A stretch of 64,000 bases of DNA, from NCBI GenBank assembly GCA_028023455.1, contig JAQFVV010000001.1, positions 24,242,001 to 24,306,000 on the forward strand, in the 5' to 3' direction. The stretch is from Epiperipatus broadwayi (taxonomy: Eukaryota; Animalia; Onychophora). Under the pieces are notes generated by a model. That model worked only from the letters and a program-made list of their open reading frames with translations, ran no database searches and was not told where the DNA came from. Of the stretch, positions 13,251 to 26,920 are shown piece after piece (the first letter of the stretch is position 1; every line of letters starts with the position of its first letter). A program made the translations under genes and the position numbers.

Positions 13251-16200
13251 TTGTTAAGAGTAGAAAGGCAAAAAATATTTTAAAAAAATTACAGAAATAT
13301 AATGATTTTAAATTATAACTTACAAACTGATAATTTATTAATTAAATCAATAAATACATTTTCAGAAACAAAAGATTATAATGGAGGGGAGAGGATTTCA
13401 TAAAATCATATTTTTACATCTGTTTTAAAATTCTGTCTTAAAAAGTAAAAGCCTCACTGATAGAATGGGTTACTAGTGAGTAAACATTTTGGCTTCAAAA
13501 TTAAACTCTGGGCTGTTTAAAATTATTGTGCTATAATAATGATAAGAATTAGGTAAGCAGTGATTTAAAAGAATAATCCAAAATGGAGTTTTCTAATTTG
13601 GAGAAATGGAAACTCTTAAAATTATATTTGTGGGTTAAAATTATCCTATTAAAAGTATCAACGCAGATAGTAGCACATACTACAATAGTAGTGACTCAAG
13701 TGTAATGATTTTTGGATTGTGTTTTTAACTTAGAACTAAAGACTCTTGGCAAGATTCTATGTTCAATAAAGTAAATACAAAATCTTAGTTTCGATAGTTG
13801 AATGGTGCTCAATATATGATAAATTTTTGCATTTCAAAATAATGTTATATAACTTAACTTCTATGTACATACAAACATTCATATATATGATATAAAAAGC
13901 TGATTAAAGTTTACATATATACCTTAAAAATTAAGATGATAAAATAAATTGTTTTGAAAGGGCTATTCACTTCAACTTGGCTAATCTCTTGGCTGGATAT
14001 TCATCTCATGAACTCACAAACAATTCTTATTTTTTTGATATTTAAATAAAAAAATCTCCACTTGCTTTAACAAAAAAAAAGGGAAATGATCTTCCAAGAA
14101 TTTATAAGAAGTTCAAGCACTGCAGAGTTCTTTTTGCATTAATTATGTCTCTTTTTTTCATAATATTACAAAAAACAATTTAAACTTTCAATTCATGTAT
14201 TTTCCCCTCTTTGTAAATTTTCATATTTCTTCATTTACAGTTTTCAGAATTAGAAAAATTATAACCAACACTTCAAATTATTTTCACCTGCAATTTATTA
14301 TTTTTTTATCATTTTCTTTAGTAAAGATTGACCATAAATTAATTTTCTTCAATTTTTTTAAAAATCATCATTAGTATTTCATATAATAAAGAATAATTCT
14401 TATGAATCTGTGGATATGTTATCAAAACACTGCCACTGATAATGCTAAAAAACTCCTGTCATAACTTAGCTTTTATTTAAGGCAAAAAGGATAAAATTTA
14501 ATAACCAAATAAACTGCTTCAACATTCTATGGTTTTAAAATTAAAAGACCTAAAATTAGCAAAAATTTCATTTACTTTAGTAACCCTGCTAGCACTTTAT
14601 TTTTACCCAAGCAATTTCAGTACTTTTTATTAAATATTAGGGTGAACTATGTAAACATTTGTTTTAATGTTATCTAATGTCATTAGATTTTTAAGAGCAT
14701 CTTAAAGCAAATCTAATAATTTTAATTCAAATTATACAGTTGCTTCTTTTTCAATATGTAAAATATTGTATTTTATCTTAATAAACAAGATACTTCCAAT
14801 TTTATCTTCATCTTATTATGTGTAAAAAATATTCTAAATTCCATTTTTAAAAGTGAAAACTAATTACTGTTATTCTAAAAAATTAAAAAACTTTTCAACT
14901 ACTTTTAGTTTAGCCATCATTTAACAAAAATATTATAATGATTATAGTTTTCATAATGCACTCATTTACAAAAAAGTAGAATACTTAAAAAAATCAGTTT
15001 AGGTTAGCAGTTATTAGTACTCAGTTGTGTCCAAAATATACAGCATAAAGTTTGCAATTCTATGCTAAACTTTTATCTATTAAATAAATGTCAATTTTAA
15101 AATGACAGTAATGAATTATTTAGTATCCAAGAAGCCATTACAATGTAACAAACATATGCAATGAATATGCAGATTACAATTTACATAAAACTTACGAATA
15201 ATTGATTCTCAGTTGGGAATAAAAGATAAAAATAAAACTTTTATAATTCTGTTCTAAACCTTAATTTTTAAAATATTAACAGACAAACAAACAAACAATT
15301 GCATTAAATTGTCTAATATCTGGTTATTTTCACATCAGCATATGTGCCTAAAAAGAACAATTTGTGGAACAGTAAATAATCACAACTACTTTCATTATCT
15401 TATTTCAGAATCATAAACAATGTTAATTATATATATGTAGAATCAAATAAAATTAAGTAATAAATGTAAATTTACATATTTTAATTTATTTAATTCTTTT
15501 TAGAGCAATATTCAATGATAAATTATTTAGATTAAATTATGCTAATAAACTGCATTTAAAATTACACTATGAATTACTTTTAAATTTATTTAATTAATGT
15601 TACAATTTTTCTTCAATTAATAATCATTTTAATACAACAAGTTCAGACTTTTTTTTATTGCAATTATTTTGAAAATTTTTGTTCAATTCATAAAATTTAC
15701 TAATCTAAATGCAGTTAAGAACTAAGAGTGCAGAATAATAGTATTTACCATATTTCTTTTATATAATAATAATAATCTGTTTTTATACCATTTTTTTTAA
15801 TGATCCCAAAATAAGTTATCTTTTATTTTTGATATTTCAAGACTTTTTAATTTCTTTTCACTCTTTAGTAGGACTTAAGTTGAATTACAATTAAAAATAT
15901 TTATATAGTATATAAAAATTAATAGTATTGACAATTATTCTTGGATATTATTTTATTACAGTTATAATCTGAAGTTTTACAAAAAGTTAAATTCATATTA
16001 ATTTTCAAATTATTTAAGCTATAATAATTTCCCATAGTGATTTAGTAATTCAATAATCAATCACTGCAGAGATCAAAAGATAATATAAGCACTAAAGGAA
16101 CAGTTTGTGCAGAACAGTTGAATTTATTTGATCAAAGTATTTGTTTTATTTCCTCAGCTGGAAATTGATGAAAAACCTTGCACTCTCACTGCTATGATAA

Positions 16201-16427
16201 TCTTCAATGAGCAGTAATTTTCCATTAGAGAATCAAATGTATCAAAATTGATTAGTTACTGCCATTTTTTCTTTTTGTATGTTAATTAATTATGTGTAAT
16301 ATTATTGTATAACAATCTATCTCTACAGGGATCCCTTAATTAATCTTTGAATGACTACAAATACAGAAGTTTTTTTTTTTAAAATTAAGAATTAAAATAT
16401 TGTGGTATTAAAATAGTAATTGGATTG

Positions 16428-16764
16428 ACACAGGAGGCAAAACTCTCTAACCATACACTAATGCCACCCAGTGCAAGCCAGAGTAATCGATGGATTCAAG
16501 AAGATTTGTGCATAAAATCCCTATTTAGTATCTACTCATCTAATATCCCCGGATTAAATTCTAGCTTATGAATTTCATCAGTAAGGAGTCTTAGATTTGA
16601 GAGCACTGCTCCTAGATCTTAGGATCTAATTCAAACCCTCTAGCAGTCATCTTTTATCCTTTTAATTAACTATAAATCTATGAGTCCAAAATTAAAACAC
16701 AATAATGTTTTCAATTCAGGCTCATTCACTTTTATAACCATGTAGATATGAATGTAATGTTTAA
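16428..16764 (-). mobile_element. Family 1 copy (degenerate HHR on minus strand)
   Basis: Aligns with 55191-55500. CUGAUGA is at 16581-16575 (-). Flanked by the 11 bp direct repeat TAATTGGATTG (16417-16427, 16765-16775). Confidence 0.85.
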
Positions 16765-18924
16765 TAATTGGATTGCTAAATGAGTATTATTTAGTGGCTA
16801 TTTGTATGTGAATTTTATGTTGTTTTATAATAAGTAAGTTTGATTCAATAATAAATTATTTATTTTCCATAACTAAAAAAATAAATGTTACCTAATTTAA
16901 TAATTACTCAACATAACTTACATTTATTATTTTTTTTTTTTTTTAGTTTAAATAGTTGAAATTCTTTTTTAAAGAATTTCAATTCATAATTACCAAGTAG
17001 AATGCAAAATATATCTACAAATATTTAAATATATGCTAATGGAAAATGCTAAAAAAAAAAAAAAGTGCTGTCTTACATATATATATGATTTTCGTTTACA
17101 TTGAAAATATTTTTATTCTTTTATTGAAAATTTAGCTTCCAACTATTTATTTTTTAAAAATAATAATAATACAAATCTAATTAATTATATACTACACATG
17201 ACATTCAATGTTCAAAATAAGAGTTGTTGTTATAAATAGCAAGTTTAAGATAATTATAATAAAAATTTTAAAAATGGTTTAAAATAAAAAAGTTATTTCA
17301 AAAGCAATTTTTCAAATTATTTTGTTAAAAAAAATATGAAACTACTTTCAGTCAATTAAAATTAATAAAAGTGTAAAATTGTAATAAAGCATTTAGTTTT
17401 TTTTTTTTTTTTAAAAAAAAAAGGCATTAAAAAAATTACAAATATAAAATGAAAACTTGGCAAAGATCGCTAGATTTTAATTTTTTAAAAAGCTAATATT
17501 TCTGTAGAATTTTGCACTGCTGGATAAAATGAAAATTTTATTTCAGTACTAAAACAATAATTTAAAAAAAAAAAAAACCGTGCCTGAAGAATTTACATTT
17601 TTTTATCGGACAAATTTTTCTTTTAATTTTAATATTAATTATATATTTAATGAACAATATTTGCTTGTAATAAAACAGACTTAATTGTAGCATGTGGCAT
17701 GCATGAATATGCATATTTTTTCATGTAGTAAAATGAAAAAAAAGTTTCTTTTGATGTTTTTCAAGTGACAATTTATTAAAATTATGCTGTTTTTATTAAA
17801 TTATTTTCTAGTGAAGACTATTATTGTGTCAATTATTGTGTCATCTACTACAAAAATTTTCAAATCCATTGACATGGATATGGTAGATAGATGTATAAAC
17901 TATTGTACATGAACCTTTTGTTAATATGGATACATATATATAATTTTTAGGAAAAGCACTGAACTAAATTATGTTTAATAATGGGCACCATCACAACATT
18001 TAAGTCTTAACATATTTGAAGTAGTTTTAGCTAAAACATTTATAGTATGATAACTTGTAATGCTTATTTTATATTATAGCAATGATCACTCTTGATCAAA
18101 ATGTATAATCATTGATAAACATATATAATAATTAAAAAATTTTTTACATAAAAATCTTTTATTATCCATAATTCTATGTTTCACACATATGAATGAAGCT
18201 TTAAAATTGTTCAGATAACTGAAAATTTTAACAAAACGTTTAGAATTTTTTTATATATATCAAGTTTATAAACAGATAGCTATCAATTATTAGTTGATAA
18301 ACAAGTAATTAACTACTTTTAGTAAAGAAATTATTGGAAATTTGTTCAGATAAATGTTTGTGGGGTTGACTGTAAAAAACACATCAAGATATTGTAATGT
18401 AATGCTGCTTGTTCTATTAATGAAAAATGACTCTTTAACTAATAATTAAACATATTGTTATATTTCAGATTGAAAACTGAACATGAAACTTGTTTAACAA
18501 TTAAACTTTGCTACTGGAGAGATCTAATAATAATGAACTAGAATAATCTTCGATCTGTATTTATATCATATTTAAAATTATACATCATTTCAAGTTATTA
18601 CTAATCTTACAAACTAAACAACTAGAAAAAACAATACTTTGTTTTAATGATATATAACATCCTAACCAAATGAAAAATGAGTGCTTACATTTATAAAACT
18701 GTGATCACTAAAATATATAGTTATTGTCCAATTTTCTAATTTATGTAATTGTACATAAAAGTTGGTTAAGATTCAAAATCTTAGAATTCCTTTGAAATCC
18801 AAGCTGCTAGCTTAATAATGTTAAAAAAATTTGAATGTGCTGATGGGTGTATAAGTTCAAATACTTTATAATGTTTTTCACAGAAAAAATATAATAGACA
18901 GAATATTTAAAGAATAAGGAATTA

Positions 18925-19152
18925 AACATAAGAGACTTGAATACAGACTTTCAAGCTCCCTTCGGCTATCCAACCTTATTTCATACAAAACATGACCATA
19001 CCCATGTGAAAAAGATAAATGATCTATCATCTGTATTTATTGTATGAGGTAGAGCAGATGGCAGAAGGGAGCTTGAAAGTCTGTGTTCAAGTCACTTATG
19101 GTTACATCTAAACTCCAAGTATATATCTTATAGTTGTATTCAATCAAATAGT
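18925..19152. mobile_element. Family 2-related fold-back insertion
   Basis: Inverted repeat TTGAATACAGACTTTCAAGCTCCCTTC / GAAGGGAGCTTGAAAGTCTGTGTTCAA, related to 42851-43474. Flanked by the perfect 15 bp direct repeat AAGAATAAGGAATTA (18910-18924, 19153-19167). Confidence 0.75.
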
Positions 19153-19530
19153 AAGAATAAGGAATTACTATAAACATGATTTTTGTTGCCATATTAATTT
19201 CAAAAAGAATCAAAAACAAAGGAGTAATTTATATATTTATTTCATTGATTTTGTCAAGGCATTTGACTCAATTATTCCAACAATCTGTGATATTATTTGA
19301 AATTACTTGATTGTCAATTAAATTTTATTTGAATATTGTATAGCTTCTATATGATGAAGTGAAAGAAAGTATTGTTTCTCACAGGTAGAAAATCTGAGAC
19401 ACTTAGAACAACAATTGTGGTGAACCAGAATGTATACTCACTCTAAATTTGCTCAGACAACAATTTTTGAAATTGTTTATAGTCAGCTTCATGAATCAGA
19501 GTTGTTGTTTTTTTTTTTTTCAATGTCAAA

Positions 19531-19601
19531 TGCATTGACCGGGAGGTGAACTAGACCAGCTGCTTGGAAGGCATCTATGCTAACCACTAGGCCACCAATG
19601 C
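19531..19601 (-). pseudogene. tRNA-Gly(TCC) pseudogene / tRNA-derived retrocopy
   Basis: GCATTGGTGGCCTAGTGGTTAGCATAGATGCCTTCCAAGCAGCTGGTCTAGTTCACCTCCCGGTCAATGCA. Acceptor stem pairs and the anticodon loop is CTTCCAA, but the T arm/B box is broken. Followed by 10 nt and an A-tract. Confidence 0.8.
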
Positions 19602-20989
19602 TTGGCATTAAACAAGATTGTTAAAGGAGTCTTTAATTTGAGTATACTAAAAGTAAAATAAGAATTTCATCTTCATAGCTTTTTAATTTACTGATAACTG
19701 TTCTATCTCTATCAATTCAAAAGATGATCGATAGTGTGTGCATAATACTATTTTGATTGTCAAATATAAAGGCTTTAGTTTAATAATTAATGTTCAAATA
19801 CTCATGTTCTTTATCACCAAGTCATGGGAAAATTTTTCAACAATTTTAGCTTGGTTAGTTACTGGTTTGAGAATGTGAGCCAATTTAAACATCTTGATAG
19901 TTTCATAAACAGAAAAGTAAACTAATGTGCTGAACTACAATGGAGACTCTAATATGTTATTGCTGCATTTAATAATTAAAAGTGAAAGCATTGCAGCAAT
20001 GAAATTAGTTTACATAGAGCCATTACTATACATAACTTAATGAATAGAAATGAGATTTGGACATTTCATTAATTTCATTTAAGAATGCTCAATAAAATGT
20101 CCAAAATACTAAGGCAAGATCATAAGACCAATCATTATGTTTTTTTAACTTTCTGAATGTGAAACTATCAAGTCTACTATTGTATAATTAAATCTTTGTT
20201 GGATAAGGTATGTGAAACAAGCTGTACAAAACTAGTGGATTTGAGCAGGATTTTTGTGAGAGAAGCATACTGCGTTTACACTATAAATAATATCTCAAAG
20301 ATATTCTAAAAAAATGCAACATTGATTGCTTTTTTTTCATGTGTCATACTATTGGCCAGAAAGCGAACCCACCAATATGAGACAATTGCTTGTAAGGCAG
20401 CTGTATTGACCAATCGACAATCAACGCTTGACAACAATGATTGCTTTTACTGAAAATATATGATTAAACCCAAAATATATTGGATAATTACAATTAGTAC
20501 TGAAGTCTTTCAGAAAAAAAAATTTTGCTACAGAAGAAGTTAAAAACAACCTGCAAAATAAAGAGAGTAATAGAATACTATGCTGAAAATATGGATGTAT
20601 TTGTGTTTCACAGATTATTATGTATAACAACTCATTACTAGAATATTTATTATCCTCTCTTTTTTTTTTTTTTGACGTTAAAATAGTCCCATTTTCGTTT
20701 CATAGTGGTTATTTGATGAAATTTATCCAAAAGCCAACCTAAAATTTTGGAATCATCTGACGTGAAGTTATTTTAGGTTAAATAATACAGAAAGAAAAAA
20801 TGACTAAGACTTTTAAATGTGTTTCTTTTGAAATGACTTATTCTTATTCTTATTAACACAATTATTAACAATTCAGCAACATCTAATTATTATTTCTCCC
20901 TCTTATGCATTAAAAAACACATACTTCAGCTATACTGTTCAAAATTTCCAGTATAGGATGGAGCTATTTGGGAATGTTTTAACTTTCAA

Positions 20990-23900
20990 TCCAATATACC
21001 TGCTACACTCATTTACAGCAATAATTTCGAGTTCAAACTAAAGCTAAACAACAATATAAATCCAGAAAACATACTTATATAAATCATAAGACCAAGAGCC
21101 CATGCTTTGTATTTACATCAGAGGGTTAAGATCACAATGCTATTCCTGAAACTAGCTTTGCTGCCTAGCAATACACTGCATTGCAAATCTGATTATACAA
21201 GATAAGCGAACATATACAACACTCACAAAAAGAAACTATACATTCACTCCCCAGTGGCTCACAGTGGCTCCAATCTAGATAAGCATTACAAAATCCAGCC
21301 TTCATCAACAATTCAAAATCATCAAAAGGCAACTACAAACACAAAAATAGAAATACTGGACCTATCACTTAAAAAAACCAATGAACAAAAAAACCTTATG
21401 ATCTTGGCCCAGATGACTCCAGTACATACACAAGAACCACCTGATACCCCTTTCTCCATGGACAATGGAAACAATAATGAAGCAAAAACAAAGTGGCAAT
21501 ATCAACAATACTGACTATGACACTAAGCCAGTGCACACACCTATGATAATCAACAAAACATCAATGCACATAAGAGAAACAATCACAAGCCTTCCACTAT
21601 AGAAACAGCAGTGCCTGGAGCCAGAAGGCATCCAGGCCACCCACCAAAGAAAAATCACCAACTAAAGAGAGTTAAAGAAGAAGAAATCAACTATTTAGAT
21701 GCCTTCCACTAGATAGATCATACTCTTGATTAGACTATCGAGGATCTCAAGACATGATGATGACATTGTGAAGCAACCCAAACACTATCAACACAAATAA
21801 ATAACACCTCCCCCCATCTTATACAAACTTGATAAAGTTACTGCATTTAATGTGAGGGTTGAATTCCATCAACAAAATCAATCAATTAAAACAAGGTCTC
21901 AAAATTACATAGTCTCAATACTTGGTTTACTTGAGACTAAAGTCTACTTTGACTCTTAAGCTGATCCATCAATACACCTTCATAGAGAAGATTTCTGTTC
22001 CTGCTCCAAGGACTCTCCCTCTGTAGGCACTGGACTGCTCACTGCATCAAACTGTCCATTCTCATTATTCAAGATAATATTCATAGATTCACACTTGCTA
22101 ATAGTGATCTTCTATCATCAAATTATGGTAATTTACATAATTTTCTTATATTTACTCCAGCATCAGTCTTATTTCAAATATAATACCATTAATTCATTAC
22201 TAGAAGCTACTCCATATCCAACCATCAGTCTTATTTCAAATATAATACCATTAATTCAATACTAGAAGCTACTCCATATCCAATCATCAGTTATTAGGAA
22301 CTTCAACATGAAATACAAAGACTTTATCACCCAATGGCAGCATCAAATATTTTTTTCCTGTTATTGAGTCCTGATGCTTTCTGCTGGACAATGCAGTCAC
22401 ATTCTACAATAGCCAATATGCCTCAATGATATATCTTTGTTTTATTCACCTATTTTGTATCATCTAATTACCATAAACCTTACCCCTTCTCACCATTCTA
22501 GGATCACTCAGCACAAATGAGATTCAAACATTTACACTTCTATTAACAATAAGAATACTGCTCCCAGCAACCACTCCAGAATTTATATTCTCAGAGACAT
22601 ATGCTCAATAAAATCAAGACTATGTAGCTCAACTATACAAAAATATGTAGCCTTCATAAGCATACTCTCCTTTAACACTGGCCATATCACAAGAAAAACA
22701 ACCCCTTCCTCTAGATTACTGCTGTCTAGGAAAATTACCATTATGAAATCTTCACACCATACCAAACAATATATATATATAATTGAAATAATATTTTTAA
22801 CGGTTTACAAACAATTACAAACAATCTTTAAATCCGCAGAAGTACTTTCGGTTACTTTCTAACCTGCCTCAACTGCCATTAAATTCAAAAACTAAAAGCG
22901 GAAGCAAACGTCATCAATTCAAATTCCACGAATCTCGTTAGAAAGTAACCGAAAGTACTTCTGCGGATTTAAAGATTGTTTGTAATTGTTTGTAAACCGT
23001 TAAAAATATTATTTCAATTATAATTACAACATTGTTTTTAATTAACGGATATTTTATTTATTTTATATATATATAAACATACAGCAATATGTGCAACACT
23101 TTTAAAAATTATCTAAAGATTAAAAAAAAAGCCAAGATATATCTCACCCAACAACATATCGGAAACAAAGACTATATAATATGAGCACTAGGATACCCAT
23201 CTACCATCAGAGTTCTAATGGCTATACAAGCTGACAAGATCATACATGCAGACCATAACATGATAATGCCTATCTATTCATACTTTAAACAAAAACTCCT
23301 AGAAAATCAACCATTCAAACCTTCTGCTGACTCTTTGACACAACCAGAAACAGCAATCCCATTCAATACCACTGAGTTCACTATAAAACTAGCTATTATT
23401 TCAAACACATGCCATCCTAGAAACTATGGCATCCCTCAATTTATATTAGTGGCATCTTAGCCACTTAGAGCTAAATATTTATGTGATCTAGCCTATTATT
23501 TATCATAGAAACTGCAATCTATAGAAGGCATTTATCTAATGCACATTTTACCATTTACCAAAATAGCAGCATCCATCTTCTCTTTTACCAATATCTGGCC
23601 CATATCCATGAGATCATTACCAGTTAAACATTGAGAAAATCATCAAGGATAAAATAGAACCACATATATTTCCATTGATCTCGAATATGCAGTTCACAAA
23701 GAAAAAACTCATCAATCATTCAAGCAGCACTAATCTTCAAAGCAGTCCTGAACTCAGTTCAAGGGAAGAAAATATACACACCAATAGCAATTCAGTTTGA
23801 CATTGAGGAAACTTTTGACTCCATCAATCTCCCCATACTTATAGACATGTTAGCTTGTATCACAATTCCCAAAACTCAACTTTATTTACTTTCAAATTTG

Positions 23901-25560
23901 ATACCAAGCTTTGAAAATTCATATCACACTCAAGAGCAAGAACTCTCTGTCATTTGAATCTATGCAGTCCATATTGCAAGGATGACTGCTCATCTCATTT
24001 TTATTCACCCTGTACATCAACCCCCTTATACAAAAAAATCCAGCAAACATTCACAGGTATCCCAATATCAGACACCCCACAGCACATCCCATGTATTGCA
24101 TACATGGATGATGTGACTGTTTTTCTACTTTCCAAAAAATGCCCATCCAATTTACAAAAAAATTCTATAAGACTTCACAACCACATACAAGCTGAAATTC
24201 AATGCAAACAAAACTGCTGCCTGGTCATTCTTTACAGATAAAGCGTGCACACTTACATACAAAGCCAAACCAAATGCTTTTCTTGGCTTTCCATTTCACT
24301 TAGGGGCTACAAAAATAAGATGCTATATACAGACCAAACTTAAAAATGAAGCTAAGCAGATCACCAACTCAATATCAAGGCATACCATCAATATCTCAAA
24401 TTACAACTATTCAACCAACTTATCATCACTAAAATAATATACTATCTACCCATTACAGTCTTCTCCAAGGCATTCATATACAATATCAAATCCATTTGCA
24501 ATAAGCTTATATAGTGCAGAAAGACCATCACCATCTCAACTAGTTGTCTCAGCCTACCACTCACAAACAACAGACTTGGTTTACATGACATAAGCATTTT
24601 TCAAGTTCAAAAGATCACAAACTTAATAGCAGCCATCTTAAAACAGTTCCACAATTACAATGCCTGCTTCAAATCATACCAACTGACAGACCTCCCTCAC
24701 AGCAGCCATACTTGTTGTTAATCATCTACCAGCAGAAAGCAACAGCTACTCAGATATCTGCCCAATTCTCTAGAAAATATACATATTGACATATCTACAC
24801 CTTCATGCATCAAGAACTGAGCAACAGCAACCTTTCTCCAATGCTAGAGATCAACAATAAAAAGGCACTTCACAACATCAAAAAAATAGTCACTAGAACC
24901 TAAATTATTTGACTTCATAATCAAAATGAACCTCCTTGCACTGCCAATAACTCCCTCCCTTCATTACCAGCAACTGTACATTACCATTAAGTCATTCTGA
25001 AGGCTATGTTATCATGCTGAAGAAACACAACAATGTCCAAAACTGGAAGAGATATGAAAGATAATGTGTAACACATATAGATAGCCTAACATCTCAATAC
25101 AATATTCATCAATGCATATCGTGGAAACACAATCTCTACAGTGTGCACAGTACATTCATTCTCTATGCATTCTGGTGCAAAAGATGCATCTTTGCCTTAA
25201 TAATACAAGATGACACCCCTCTATCTTGCACCAATAATAAGTTGTCACAATTAAAAATCATAGATAGCAAATAACTCATCTGGATATACATACCTTTCAC
25301 TTGGTTACTTCTCAAATAACAAGTAGCCTTATAACCAACTAAATAAATGCATAATTATCACTATGGAAGGGGGGATCACAACCAACTGGGATAAAATCAC
25401 ACTAGGCCAGCCTGCTATTCATACTGGATATTGAGACAATAATTAATCCCAGCTATTGCAAAATTAGACACTATCCCACACAATCAGGGACTTAAACAAA
25501 TTATATTCAAACCCCATGAACTACAAATAAAAGTAACAAATAGTGAACTCTAATTAGCAC
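20990..25560 (+). mobile_element. Decayed L1/Tx1-like non-LTR retrotransposon (ORF1 region, APE, RT)
   Basis: A/C-rich strand. APE motifs FNVRG-LN (~21849), LGLLETK (~21930) and DH (~22500). RT motifs FDIEETFDSI (~23800), LQG*LLISFLFTLYINPL (~23970) and IAYMDDVTVF (24095-24125). Post-RT LPLTNNRLGLHD resembles L1/Tx1 P...GGLG..D. Internal 62 bp tandem duplication at 22161-22284. Boundaries approximate. Confidence 0.75.
22771..23075 (-). mobile_element. Young fold-back insertion (family 5) inside the L1-like element, with HHR-like motif
   Basis: Perfect 86 bp inverted repeat (22778-22863 / 22937-23022), 73 bp spacer, 43 bp unpaired tail, (TA)n on both sides, CpGs intact. Minus strand 22876-22836 folds as a minimal type I HHR with a variant core. 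Confidence 0.8.
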
Positions 25561-26317
25561 ATTTATTGAAAACAAACAAGCTTGTACATTGCACACACAT
25601 GTAATTCATTAGAAATAATCTCTGAATGTAGAGCTTGTTCTCGATAATTTCAGATGGTAGCCCCATAACAGAAGACTTGTGAACTTTATGAACTAAAGTG
25701 AGATTTATATAATCTGTCACTATTTTCAAAATTGTAAACCCCTCCCCCCAATGCAAATCGATAACAACCACTAATGTAAGCTTCACAGATCTCTCACATT
25801 AATCAAAGCAGAAATCTTTAGAATTATAATACTAAACTTTGTCATATCCTCGTATTTAGCCTTTTCTAAACTTTTATCCCCTCCCCTTAATACATACTAT
25901 GTACAAATTAGTGCTTCTGCAAACCAACTAATTACAAATATATATGTGTGTGTGATTTGAAATATTTGTAAATACTGTTTAGTCCAATAATTTCCTTTTT
26001 GAAACATAATAATGATAATGATTAATCCTTGAGATAGTTCTTAGTTTGATTCTCCGTGTCTTTATCTTCTAGTTTATGATTATTTATAATTTTTTCTTTC
26101 TTATTTTTAAATCAAGTTTTAAACTCTTCTGATTGTTTTATAGTTCTTCTAAATAAGTTGTTAATCTTAGCTTTTTATATGTAGTATTATAATTAATGTA
26201 TGTTCTACTTATCTTAATGTAATTGTCTAAAATAAATTTTAAAAATCCATTTGGTCAATTGAATGGAATTGGGTGCTTGTTATTTGAGTGATCAATGACC
26301 ACATTATCATCTGATAT

Positions 26318-26920
26318 ATTCTTCAACCCTTGGTCCATGAACCGGTGCTGGGCCGCAGCAGTTTTTTACAGGTCCACTGGTAGACTGGCAGGAAAGGTGT
26401 AATAACAAAATAATAAGAGTTTAAACTTTTAATTAATATAAACAATTTTTATTTATTTTTTTATCTCATTTTTACCCAATTAAAAAAAAAGAAACAGAAC
26501 TAAAACAAAATCTAATCAATCATACATAAATTAATTTGTTTTTCTAATTATCACAGATGTTTATGGGTCGGGGGAGGGGTAGAATTAAATTTTTTATTAC
26601 TTTTCTAAAAAAATTCAAAATTCAAAAAAAGTTTTTTATTATACAAACTCCATATATATAACTGCATTTTGTATCTTTAACTATTGTTGTTCTGATCAGT
26701 TATAACAATTATGCTCATATAAGGATATGCAGTTTACATCTTTAAGAAAATTTATCTATAGTCTTCTGCAGGTCTGCGAAACCTTATCCTTATTTATACT
26801 GGGCCGCAGGTGTGAACTATACTTACTTTTTTCTTTTCTTAGCAGCTGAAAATTTAATAATTCTGATCAATCATACCACAAGTTACATATTAACTATGAG
26901 TACCAAGACTGGTCCTATAG
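26318..26920. mobile_element. Possible hAT-type non-autonomous DNA transposon remnant
   Basis: TTCTTCAACCCTTGGTCCATGAACCGGTGCTGGGCCGCAG resembles Charlie/hAT MITE subterminal sequence. CTGGGCCGCAG recurs at 26348 and 26799. No matching TIR or 8 bp TSD found. Confidence 0.3.

Noticed and set aside
13950-15250. Possible decayed hAT transposase on the minus strand (also a CADVEKIF motif near 59870)
   Set aside because: Only 4-6 residue resemblances across multiple frameshifts; not distinguishable from chance by eye.
16150-16215. LEIDEKPCTL peptide between AG and GT, faintly Ras-like
   Set aside because: The similarity does not extend to the DTAG motif and there is no supporting neighbouring exon.
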